Part shown: positions 35,528 through 46,876 of the stretch, in pieces | Numbering within the stretch: the stretch's first letter is position 1 | Layout: the number at the start of each line of letters is the position of its first letter | Assembly (NCBI RefSeq): GCF_964355755.1 | Contig: NC_092679.1 | Span: 19,079,432-19,143,431, forward strand | From: Antedon mediterranea | Lineage: Eukaryota > Animalia > Echinodermata | Direction: 5' to 3' | DNA: 64,000 nucleotides | Made by a program: the position numbers and the translations under genes | Notes under the pieces: generated by a model | What the model was told of the DNA's origin: nothing | The model's database searches: none | What the model saw: the letters and a program-made list of their open reading frames with translations, nothing else

Positions 35528-38500
35528 ATGGACTGGGTAACATCATTGAAAGATTACAATGCTTCTAAAGGTAAACTCCTGTGAGTTTTATTTAAAATAA
35601 GATTATATTTATGTAATGAATAATTCTTAGGCCCAAATGCGTAGAATCTGGTTGTTGTATTACGAGGCCTTACCTCTTAGGATTTGGCCCTAAAAGACTC
35701 TTTATTAATGAAGTGAAGGAAGTGATCAGTGGGCCTAGCCCTAGCTAAGCCTACAGTTTGTGATTGTGATTCTGTTTTGTCAATTTTTGTTACGAATAGA
35801 AATAGGATGGGCGCCGTCGTAGGATGGCCAGCCTTACTCCCCGTTTGATTACATTTACAAAACTCGCCTTTTCAGCACAAAAAACCGAGAATGAAATGAA
35901 GTTGGATGAAGAAAAATGTGACAAAAAGTTTGAAGAATTGTATCTAAAGTTTAAAGGGCAACCGAACGAGGAGAAAAGTACAAGCTATGCCAAAATTCCA
36001 AGATTTTACTACAAGGTATAGTATATAATCTAGCATTATTTCATAGAATTAATTTCTACTTCTGTGGGTGGTGGAGAGGTAAGCAATAACGTCAACCAAC
36101 CTAAAAGTTTTGTTTGAAATATTTCATGGTTTTACAAAACTTTCAAAACAATGCATCTAATTTTGTGAAAATTCTAACTTTCTTACAGCTACCAAGTGAA
36201 GACGAAACATTGTTGCAGAAACTGAGAGAAGAATCTCGGTAAGTTGTGCAATTGTGCCTGACCTGCAGTATCCCCATGCGATCTTGTATAAAGAATACTG
36301 TATCATTTTGAAACTTTATAATAGTTACTGTTTTTTGTCTTTATTGATTACAATGTTAAATAGTACTAAACGAAGCAGTTTTGATACCATTAAGATGTAC
36401 AGTACACACACCAGACAACAGTCATGAACAAAAACAAATCGAAATAAAATATGTATAATAGAATAATAAACATGGGTCGCCCACAACCGGAGCACCTCTG
36501 GAGGGACACTTTGCTACAGGGAAAAGGGGGGACATTCCCCTTTACTTTAATAATGACGTCTTAACTACGTCTGTATCATATTGTATTAAAGTATCAACAT
36601 TTCTATAAAATATTTTCAGAGCTGTATTCCTTCAAAGACGGAGCAGAGAATTACTGGATAATGAGGAGTTGCAGGTTAGTTTTGCAACTGCATATAATTG
36701 GTAGAAATATTGTGATATATAAAAATTACTTTTTAATAATATTTTCTTCCGTAATAAGTTTGATTTATTTATGCTGTCTACAATTATACTACTAACTGCA
36801 TTTGAAATAAATTTATGTTGTATGTATTTCTATACACCAACTTTCTCTAGTGAGTGAGTGGCTAAGTGGTTAAGACAGTGGAACCGTAGTTATGTAGCCA
36901 TAACGTCGGCAATGGTTCAAGGCTCACATGCTCCATGGTTCTGGTGGTAGAATAAGTCTTCTCTGATAAGGACTATAAACTGTAGCGCACTTGAAAGAAC
37001 CTAGTACATCTTTTGATACAAGTAGGGGACTACCCCGGTGTACTAGTACATCACAGCCACTGATCATAACTGGACCCTCTGGAAGACCAGTATAAATGAA
37101 TAATAACTAACTCTCTTTTACTTTTGGCAGAACCTGTGGTTTCTATTGGACAAACATCACACGCCCCCAATGGTTGGAGAGGATCAGATGATAAATTATG
37201 AAGATTTCTTGAAAGTTTCTCAGGAGGCAGGTCCAAAATGCAAGTAAGAAAAAACAAATAATTGACCATAAATAATGTAATTAATATTGTTATGTAGATG
37301 GACTATGTATTGTGTGTATAGTATAGTGCTGTAGGTTTGGTAGGTTTACTTATGCATCATAATACCCAAATGAAGTCATGCATAGAAAATGATTCCAAAT
37401 TTAAAGCTCTGTCTACACTATCAAACCAGTTTGACAAAAAAAAGTGTGATGTACCCAAATATGCTAGTGATATGCCCAAATATGCTAGTGATATGCCCAA
37501 ATATGCTAGTGATATGACATCATCATGTCCATATATGGGCACATGTTTTGTCATATAATGTTTGATAGTGTGGACAGAGCTTAAGGAAGCCCATCAATGA
37601 TCTCTGGAAACTCTCCCAAGCCATATTTGTTTTAGTTTTCAAACATCCCAAATTCTTGTTTTACCATTAAACATATCTACAGTATATACTCAAATTTCCC
37701 AGAAAACCAGACATTAGGCCAGTGTCTGGTATTAAGCTCTGTCTATACTATCAAAACTTTATGCAATAAAAAAATGTAATGTGTCCATATGATGATGTCA
37801 TATCACTACCATATTTGGGTACATCACACTGTTTTGTCAAAGATGGTGTAGACAGAGCTTTAGGAGAGGTGACTACTAGAATTTTAAAGTAATAAAACAA
37901 CCTTATTTCTGCATTGTAGACCTTTCTTCACTGCTACTGTCTTTGCTAAGCTACTTCAAAATGATCCATATGGCAGGATATCCATAATGCAGTTCTTCAA
38001 CTATGTGATGCGTAAGGTGTGGTTACACCAGACACGCATCGGACTCAGTCTTTACGATGTCTCTGGTCAAGGGTACCTTAAGGAATCTGTAAGTCTATTT
38101 TGACCTTGTAGACAATTACAAATGTTATAAATTGATTGGCTTGGCTTTGATGACATTAAAGTATAGTTATACATTAATTGGTTTTTGCTAAAACATTTAA
38201 AACTTTCTACATTTATGGACATGCCATTTGTCAACAATACTAATAACTGAGAATAACATGCGTGTTTGGAATAACATTAGGTTGAGCTCTTTTATTCAAT
38301 TCAAATTTATTCACCTCCCTTAGGAGAAAAATATAAAGAACGGTACAGTAAAATAAGACACATCTGAATAAAGATTCAAATGAATTATAAAATATATATT
38401 AAATTATTCATTCACCTAATTTGCAACTACTCAATTTTTTAGGATCTGGAGAACTATATCCTAGAGTTGATCCCCACACTTCCCCAACTGGACTGCTTAG

Positions 38501-41500
38501 AAAAATCATTTTATTCCTTCTATGTCTGTACAGCTGTTAGGAAGTTTTTCTTTTTCCTGGATCCTCTCCATACAGGTAATAGTAGTAGATTATTTATATA
38601 AACCAATAACTAAGTATAGGTTCAAGGGGTGTGGGTACAATTTTTTTTTAAATCTTCGGATGGGATTATATTTGGATTGCATTAATGATAGAATTAACCA
38701 TTCTTGTGTACACATTTATTTTAAAATAGGAGTATACAGTAATTGAAATTATGAAACGGTTTTCTTCAGCTTACTTATAAACATAGATACAATTGTTACT
38801 CTGTTTTTGCTTTGTTTGTTAGCATGCTACAATTTTCAAGTTCATTCAGTCTGAAAATTTCAGTGTATACTTACATAAAATTCCTAGTGAAGTTCAAGAA
38901 AATCGGTTCATTAATAACTTAACAAATAAAAAAAATAAAAATTTGTATTCTTTTAACATCGGCCAAATATCAACATGCGCCCTCTGTGGAAATATTTTGC
39001 CAAGTACTTTCACTTTTATATTTAGGTAAAATAAAAATACAAGACATCTTAGCCTGTAGCTTCTTGGATGACTTGTTAGAATTAAGAGACGAAGACTTAC
39101 CAAAGGAAGCACAGGAGACCAACTGGTTCTCAGCTCCATCTGCTCTAAGAGTCTATGGTAAGAAAAAGCAAACTATATCTGTTCACATTAAGTCATCATC
39201 TGGTGATTCCTTCTTTCTTTCTTTCATATGCATCCAACAGCGGGTAACTCGCCAATTACAGGATGGATAAACTATTTTTAAATTTTTCGTGCTCATAAAC
39301 TAAGTCTTATTTGAGGCGTAGAGAGTGGAGCACTAGGTCTATAGTTCCACTATTACTATTTATTGGACATGACTGAATTCTAGACAATATTTTGTACTCG
39401 GGAATTATTTTATGGATACTCGCCCATAATAATTATGCATTCTTGAATCCGTTGTCTATTTCATCACAGGCCAGTACTTAAACCTTGACAAAGACCACAA
39501 TGGTATGCTGAGCAAAGAAGAGTTAGCCAGGTATGGTACAGGTACCCTGACACCTGTATTTCTGGAAAGAGTCTTTCAAGAATGTCTAACGTACGATGGA
39601 GAAATGGTAAGTACTTGTTTTAGAACTATTTTTTAGTGAACTCAGCTCAAGATCCAAGCCAAGGTCCTAAAGCTAAAAGCCATAAATTCTGCTACAGTCA
39701 AATATTCCAATACTGGACATCATATTGCTACACTACACTATCAAACTAGTTTGACAAAAAAAAGTGTGATGTGCCTAAATATGGTAGTGATATTCCCAAA
39801 TATAATAATGGCATGGTGTCATCATGTCCATATATGGACACATTTTTTTTTGTCAAATTAATTTTTGATAGTCTAGACAAAGCTTTATATTGTCTTTCTG
39901 GTTTTCCAGAATTTCTCATATGAGCATGGTCTTTTAAGAGACAAAAGCTTTTAGATTAATACTACTTCAATAATCCAGTCTGTACTTTTCCTAGGCATGC
40001 AATCCCCGACAGAATATAACAACATAATTTTTTTTCTTTTTCTACAGGACTACAAGACATATTTAGACTTTGTACTAGCAATGGAGAATCGTAAAGACCC
40101 ACAATCTATCCAGTACTTCTTTCGTCTTCTTGATGTACAGGGTAGAGGTTATCTCAACATATTTGCACTTAATTATTTCTTCAGGGTAAATACATTTGCA
40201 TTATTTTTATTTTGTAGTTTTTCCTTCTCACATTCCTACATTCTTTGTGCTCATAAGAATTATTTGGAGGATACATTTATATTGAAATTTACCAATTTCT
40301 CTCTACTACTGTATAATGAAAAGGGATTTGCTTGCACTGTGTGACCTCTCTCTATGGCCCAATTACACACATTTACAATATAATATTGTATAATTGATTA
40401 AATATTGACTTATAATTGTTTTTGTGCAGGCAATTCAAGACCAGATGAGACAACACGGTCAAGAACCTGTTTCATTTGAGGATGTAAAAGATGAAATATT
40501 TGATATGGTCAAGCCAGCTGACCCCCTTAAAATCACACTGCAAGACTTAATACAAAGGTATGCAATTTACTTTATTGTAATGATGATTTGTTTGTTCACA
40601 TGGCCGACAAATTAATTTTGAAGAAGATGCATTATGGGATAAGTTTAAAGGCCAGGTGCGGGCAAAAAATTTATATTGATCATACATTCCAATAATTATT
40701 GATCTATAGTTTCCCCTATGTTTCATAATTTTTGGGATTTTATTTGTGTTACACAAGCTTGTTGAAAATAAGCACTTTCTTATCAGTGGGGGGATAGTTC
40801 AAATTACACAGTAAAATCTCTATTCTTTTGTACACAAATTTTGTAAATAGAGAGGCATTTTAAAAAGCTATGAAAAATAAACGGTGTGGTAAAAAATGTT
40901 ATCAGATGACTAAATATAGGTAATATAACTTGAATATTACATTTCTGATATTTTTATTCAACTTCAGATTTTTATTTTCATGCTATAGCAAAAATTATCC
41001 ACCGTATATCCACCATCTTTTTCCACCGTCTAGGGAGTCACCAGACATGTTATTACATTAGGTTAACTACCTAACTACTGAAAAAAAGTCTTCCTGGTTT
41101 TTATGGAAGAATTTTGCCAAATTTTGTATTTGACCATATTAAGGGAAGTTCATGTTTTTTCGTCTCGATTTCTGTTACAAATATTTGATTTATGTACAAT
41201 TAACCAAATATTATATTTAAAATTCATGCCTGTACCTGAGCTTTAAAAGAACACTTAAAGATATATTGTCCCCATAAAAAATAATTGCTTACATTTTTTT
41301 TTTTAGGTATGCCATTTTAATGTCACATAATAGTTATTCATTTTGACCTAAAATGTTATCAAAAAAACTAATTATTTGCCTGAAAAAAACTATAATTTAA
41401 AGCAAAAAATAGTCAAATTGGCTTTGAGCCAACAGGTTTTTGGTTGAATTTAACCGTTTATTTTGTCATATTATAATTAAAGCATTATTTTTTTCGGGTT

Positions 41501-41784
41501 TTTTTTCTACAGGATGATTAAAAGTCTGATTTTATTATTTTTCATGCATCTTTAATGCAAAATAATCAAGCTCGTATTACAGCTCGTATTACAGCTCCCC
41601 TATTATTTCTTGTCCTAAATGTATTTAAGAGTTTAGTGTCATACACTTTTATTTGTTCAGCTCGCAAGGGGAAACGGTTGGGAGCATTTTGATTGATTTG
41701 AATGGCTTCTGGACTTATGAGAACCGTGAGGTACTGATGGCGGAGAATAATCAGAATCACGACCATTTTGAAGATGAGATATGA
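35528..41784 (+). CDS. PPP2R3C: Serine/threonine-protein phosphatase 2A regulatory subunit B'' gamma
   Basis: 12 exons: 35528-35570, 35876-36015, 36189-36238, 36620-36674, 37131-37243, 37920-38088, 38443-38575, 39026-39157, 39470-39606, 40048-40185, 40430-40557, 41661-41784. Peptides LLQKLREESRAVFLQ, KIKIQDILACSFLDDLLELRD, NWFSAPSALRVYGQYLNLDKDHNGMLSKEEL and IDLNGFWTYENRE match PPP2R3C as I recall it. Confidence 0.96.
36854..37100 (+). mobile_element. tRNA-derived SINE (degenerate)
   Basis: Box A-like TGGCTAAGTGG (~36858) and box B-like GGTTCAAGGC (~36914), followed by a non-tRNA body and a short TAA-rich tail. Intronic. Confidence 0.55.
37405..37581. mobile_element. PIF/Harbinger-type MITE family 1 (TIR AGCTCTGTCTACACTATCAAAC, TAA TSD)
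   Basis: TIRs at both ends and TAA at 37402-37404 and 37582-37584. Internal 21-bp unit x3. Related copies at 37735-37859, ~39730-39885, ~42698-42796, ~54590-54670, ~57110-57260, 62207-62363, ~62731-62877 and ~63085-63208. Confidence 0.85.
37735..37859. mobile_element. Harbinger-type MITE family 1 copy (TTA TSD)
   Basis: TTA-AGCTCTGTCTATACTATCAAA ... GTGTAGACAGAGCT-TTA. Confidence 0.8.
40649..41242. mobile_element. Kolobok-like non-autonomous DNA transposon (TTAA TSD, AG..CT ends)
   Basis: TTAA-AGGCCAGGTGCGGGCA ... TGCCTGTACCTGAGCT-TTAA. A near-identical second copy lies at 59798-60394. Confidence 0.82.
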
Positions 41785-42421
41785 TACGTGAATGATTTCA
41801 CGAAAATGTATTTATTGTGACTCTGTCTCACTGATGTGAGTGACAATTTGTGTGCAAATGGAATGTATATATTCTTCAGTATATTTTTAACTGCGCTGAT
41901 TTCAACAAAAACAATTTCGGATTCGGGATGTCCATATTGAAGTGTTTTTTGTTCAACTAAATATTTATAATTTTGCTGGCACTGGTTCAATTTTCAGGAT
42001 TATACACATAACAGAATATACAGGCTTCAGTGACCTCATAATTGATTGCCAATAAGTAGCGGACGCAATAATTAATTACTTTTGAAGAAAAGTAAGACAA
42101 AAAAAGGTGACTTGCAAAATTGACTAAGGCTAAGACGTGCACAGCGTGACAAATAATGGTTAACAAATTGGAACACTGCCAGCTGTGCCAACTAATGTTC
42201 CATTTTTATAAATAAATGTAAATATTGAATATTTACTGTAATGTATTCTATTTTTTTTTTTACATTATGTGTATGAATATCATAAATCAAGGTTTTAAAA
42301 ATTGAAAAATGTATAAAGAACCATTTCAAGCACAAACACAATTGAACACAAACATTATGTCTTATATATTTATTTTAGCACCAAATGTTTTTTTACAAAG
42401 CTATCATCATAAACAAGATCA

Positions 42422-42485
42422 AAGCAATGATTCATCCAACGTGATCATTTAAAAACTTTCTGATCATATCATCATTAAATTGCTT
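42422..42485 (-). promoter_or_regulatory. SECIS element in the GPx 3' UTR
   Basis: Minus strand AAGCAAT-TTA-ATGAT-GATATGATCA-GAAAGTTTTTAAA-TGATCACGTT-GGAT-GAATC-ATTGCTT. It has a 7-bp helix I, a UGAN/KGAW quartet, a helix II with 9/10 pairs and an apical AAA 12 nt after AUGA. Confidence 0.85.
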
Positions 42486-42898
42486 GAAGTTGTTACAAGT
42501 AATGGTAGCTTAACAAAAATACTATAAATATAACAAGATACTGGAAAAGGTGTTTTCATAACAAGGAATTTTACCAAATACATATGGCAGAGTTATTAGC
42601 CTAATATTTATGTTATTGGCTAGACATAGCCTACTGTACTCAAAGGTTTAAGCAAGGTGGGAGTGAGAATAATTTAATTAAGGCAACTGTTAATCCATTA
42701 TGTGCCCATATATGGACATGATGATGTCATATCACTACCATATTTGGCACATCACACTTTTTTTTATCAAACTAGTTTGATAGTGTAGACAGAGCTTAAT
42801 TTAACAAAAATCATCAATGAATATCTTGAACGGTGTGGGGCCTTAGCAGTGTCATATTAAATAGGTAGGTCACTTTTATAAACCCAGTTAAACGATCT

Positions 42899-44645
42899 TT
42901 AATTATTTTTTAAAAGCTCTATAATATCATCGGATATGTCAATAGTTTTAAATTTAGAACTGTATCTTTTAAAAGGTATTCCATCTTGATCTATCAGAAA
43001 CTTTTCGAAATTCCAAGAGATGTCGTTTCTTTTTACTGGACTCCACATAATCAGTTTAGAATCGCCCATCAAATGCGTTTGATTGTCAACTGGGAATGGA
43101 AGGCAGTCCTTAAGGTAGTTAAACATGGGATGAGCATCCTTGCCGTTCACAGCAACCTTGGAAAATATTGGGAATCTGCAATTAGAAAGGTTCAGTGTAT
43201 ATCAATATTATGATTATCAAAGATATTCCACAGAAAATGGAAATAGGGGTGTCCCAAAGGAGGGGTGCTATTGTATGTACACAACTACATAATTTTTAAA
43301 TAAATCATAACGGTGGATAATGGTATCTTTGTGGTTAACATGCTTGCCTTCTAATCCCAAGGTTTAGGGTTCAATCCTGACCCTAGTGCCAGGGTTGTAA
43401 CTTACAACTCAACCTCAAATATTTTAAAATTATTAAATAGTTTTCCATCCTGTAATTGGCGAGTTACTCGCTGTTGGATGCATATAAAATATTAAGACAA
43501 ATTTCTTTAACAGGATATGGAAAGGGTATTCACATAGTATGCATGATAAAGTATAATAATTTATTAAACCAGCATTCTGCATATTTCACAGCCTACAATC
43601 CTCATACTTCACCCAACCTGCGGCCCAATGTCCCAGCTAGACCAACGTAATGAATGAGAGAGTCCATCACACTTATAGTTTGCGGAAGGTCGTATAGAAC
43701 GACCAAAACCCATTAACATACCAGTTATGTTCTGGATAAATAAATTTACTTACCGCGCTTCATAGCCATTTCCTGGACGGACATATTTGAGAATGTTGGG
43801 CAGTTCTTTTTCTGTACAATTCTCCTACAAAATTAAATTGACAGATTAGAAAAAGTACAGGACACTCATCAGTCCTAGTCCTACTGTATAATGGTATGCA
43901 TACAGGTCTAATTATAATTTTAATTATTTATTCCGTCAACCATAATTTTGTATTTTGTAAAGCTTGTTGTAGTTGTACCCCAAACCCCCACTCTTCAAGA
44001 AGTGCTATTATTTTTTTATCCCTTTCGTTCTTACTCTAGCATGATGGACGCGCTGAAGCAAAATACGTACCTGATGGCCAAACTGGTTGCAGGGAAACCC
44101 CAGTACAATGAGTTTGTCTTTGAATTTCTTAGCAAGCTCATTCATCTGGGTGAAGTCCCTGGTGGTTGTACCTCAGAGGGACGCTGTATTCTGCACCATC
44201 ACAACTTTGCCCTTGAATCTGTCGATTAAAAACTATTTTTAATTAATTTTCTTAAAAATCTCTATGCTGCCCTGTCGTACGTAGGATATTCCTCTCTACA
44301 ACTCAAGCTCTCCTCAACTAAAAATACACTATCAAAATTTGTGGGTTTTTACTAGATATATTGAAGATTTGGCTAGGCCTCTATTTATTCAGGCTACGTA
44401 TATCATCATGGTAATAAGATCCACAAAAGAAGCTCCACTCCCCTTAACTTGGTAAACCAGCAATACGTTCCATGCACACGAAGAGGCCTAGGACGGTAGG
44501 CTATGAATATCTCCGAAAAAAGTGATTATTACCTTGAAAAATTAACTTCTTCTCCGTTTAATAATTTGGCAGAAAATTCAAAAAAGTTTTTTGATTTACT
44601 GCCACTCGTAGAAAACCCACGCTTCAATATCGATAGATGTAACAT
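42899..44645 (-). CDS. GPX1: Selenocysteine glutathione peroxidase (GPx1/2-type)
   Basis: Exons 44533-44645, 44071-44218, 43754-43824 and 42899-43175. [19 protein letters not shown] with in-frame TGA at 44173-44175. Also [22 protein letters not shown] and [10 protein letters not shown]. Confidence 0.93.
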
Positions 44646-44812
44646 TTTCTTCTTTTTTATTCGATGTCGCGTAGGCCTAACATGCAGGACCAACATGTGC
44701 AGCTCTAGAGTAGGCGAGGCAGAGGCACCGCCACAATATCGAGGGTCGAGCGAGGATGCTTAGTGATTGGCTAATGCTGGTGGTACGGGGCGCAAACCTT
44801 TCATGTATTTAT

Positions 44813-45880
44813 TATTCATTCATTCATTCTGCTTTTATTCAATATTTCTCTTTGCAGTATATATAGAATAAAACTGAATTGCGAGAGATTTACATATAAA
44901 ATTGGTACAAGCTTTCAAACATCAAAATTTACAACATTAAAAAGTTAAAAAGTTAAAAAAAATATTTTTAAAAAGGAGATATTACACATGGAAGAAACTG
45001 ATGAAAGTACTTATTACTTATTATTATTATTATTAATTTTGGTTTATTAATTAGTCTACACAGTGCTGGGAAACATGAGTTGTTGAATCTTTTAGTATTG
45101 CCATATATTTCACTTTGCTTCTTAGCATTCCTAAGTATCCTGCCACACGTTTCGCCTCTCAATTTAGGAAGTGCGTTAGGAACGATTTTGTTAAGATTTT
45201 TAGAAAAATCAAGAAGAATATCTTCTCTTCTTTGATCTAAAAATTTAAGATTAAGTAGTTTAATTGCTTGATCATAGGATGCATATTTTTGTCCGAGAAT
45301 TATTCTACATGCGCGTTTCTGTATAGATTCAAGCTCCATGGATTGTGCTATGGTTAAGGCAGAGTGCCATACCGGACACGCATATTCAGTTACAGGTCTT
45401 ATGTGGCTAATATACATTTGACGCAGATGGTTACAAGGCATTCCAAATCTTTTTAAACATGTCAACATATGTAATCTCTTACTGGCTCTATTAACAACAT
45501 CGTGGATATGCATATTCCATTTCAGATCATTAGTGATCTGAACCCCAAGTAACTTTAAGCATTCAACATTGGTTATTTTTATATTATTTATCGTAAATGA
45601 TTTAACAATGGGTTGATATTTGGCAAAAGAAATGTTCATAAAGTTAGTTTTTTCAATATTAATTATCATATTATTGTCTTTGGTCCATTGTGATAGTTCG
45701 TTTTATTGATCTTGAACATTAGGCGGGATTTTCTTGTTGTGAACTTCACATATTGACAAATCATCTACATACTTCCACCGATTTGGGAAGTCTCTAAGCG
45801 AATTGTTAACCATTACTTGGAAAATTAAGGGACCCAGTTTCGTCCCCTGAGGAACTCCGCAAGTTATTCCTTTCTTCCTT
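44813..45880 (-). mobile_element. 5'-truncated LINE (RT C-terminal half) just upstream of GPx
   Basis: GVPQGTKLGP...WKYVDD, then LGVQITNDLKWN...YISHIRPVTEYACPVW...SIQKRA. (ATGA)n tail at ~44813-44828. Confidence 0.85.
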
Positions 45881-46876
45881 ATACACACCAACTCCCACAA
45901 TGAAACATTTTGAGTACGTGTTTATAAATTAATGATTGATTATATTTAATTAAACAATAAATGACTAGTCCTTATTAATTTATATTGTTATTTACTATAG
46001 CGATTCTGATTTCTCTTTGTATTAGGCCTATATGTTGATAATTTGTAGGGGCCTACTAGCATAATTGATAATGTAGGCTTCCTACTAGACCTAGGCTAGG
46101 TTATGTAAAATATTTATTTATGAATTTATTTCTGACGCGTCGGTTTTCTATTATTATAATACAGTTAGGCCTACTGTACAGATTTCACTCTTTTTTTCAA
46201 GCACAAAATTATTAGGTCAAAGAGCTATTACTGTAATCACTAATATGCACAGTAAAAACTTTTTTTTCTTAAAAGAGTTTGCTGCAGTTAAAAGAATTAA
46301 TAACAGTTGTGAATTAAAACTAAAAGTAACATAATGATGAGACAATTTAATGAAATCAACGGAATTGTTTTTGCAATTTGTTTTTTTATTTGTCAAATCG
46401 TCCCGATTTTTGTGTTCGTCATTCATTACCATCTGTGCAGTGACGTCAGAATATTAAGGTATATCTGTATTTTGTTCAATTTCTTTAAAGAATACCATAT
46501 TATAACAGTTTGATGATTTTCAAACCCTTCCAATCCAAGTATCCTTTTAGACTGGTCCCAAGTCTGTTTGTATGCAAGTCCACCGTCGGCGTTTCAATTT
46601 TTGTATAATACGCGAATATGCAAAAATATTTACAATCGGAATATAATAATACCTGCAATAGGCCTACATTTAAGACCACTCTAGTTTAGACGTTTTATCA
46701 AGGTAGGTTTTTATAAATATTTCCTTATCTCCCTAATGATTGTTTTTATCGTTTTTCAATCAGTTCGCGCGGCCTACGGTACAAAGGTACATTATTTTAA
46801 CTCAAATAGTACCGTATGTGTATAATAATAAAGTGTAGTTAGTCGGATGCCTGCTACGTAATAGAGTGCAACAACT

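Noticed and set aside
37337-37558. ORF with DMPKYAS repeats
   Set aside because: It is a translation of the 21-bp internal repeat of a MITE within a PPP2R3C intron.
41255-41556. Additional Kolobok-like element next to the first
   Set aside because: Only TTAAAGAT...ATCTTTAA matches; the TIR is too short and there is no second copy to confirm.
43320-43400. Possible tRNA gene
   Set aside because: Only degenerate A/B boxes and no convincing cloverleaf; more likely a SINE head in a GPx intron.
44173-44175. Premature stop suggesting a GPx pseudogene
   Set aside because: The TGA is at the Sec position, the rest of the frame is intact and a SECIS is present.
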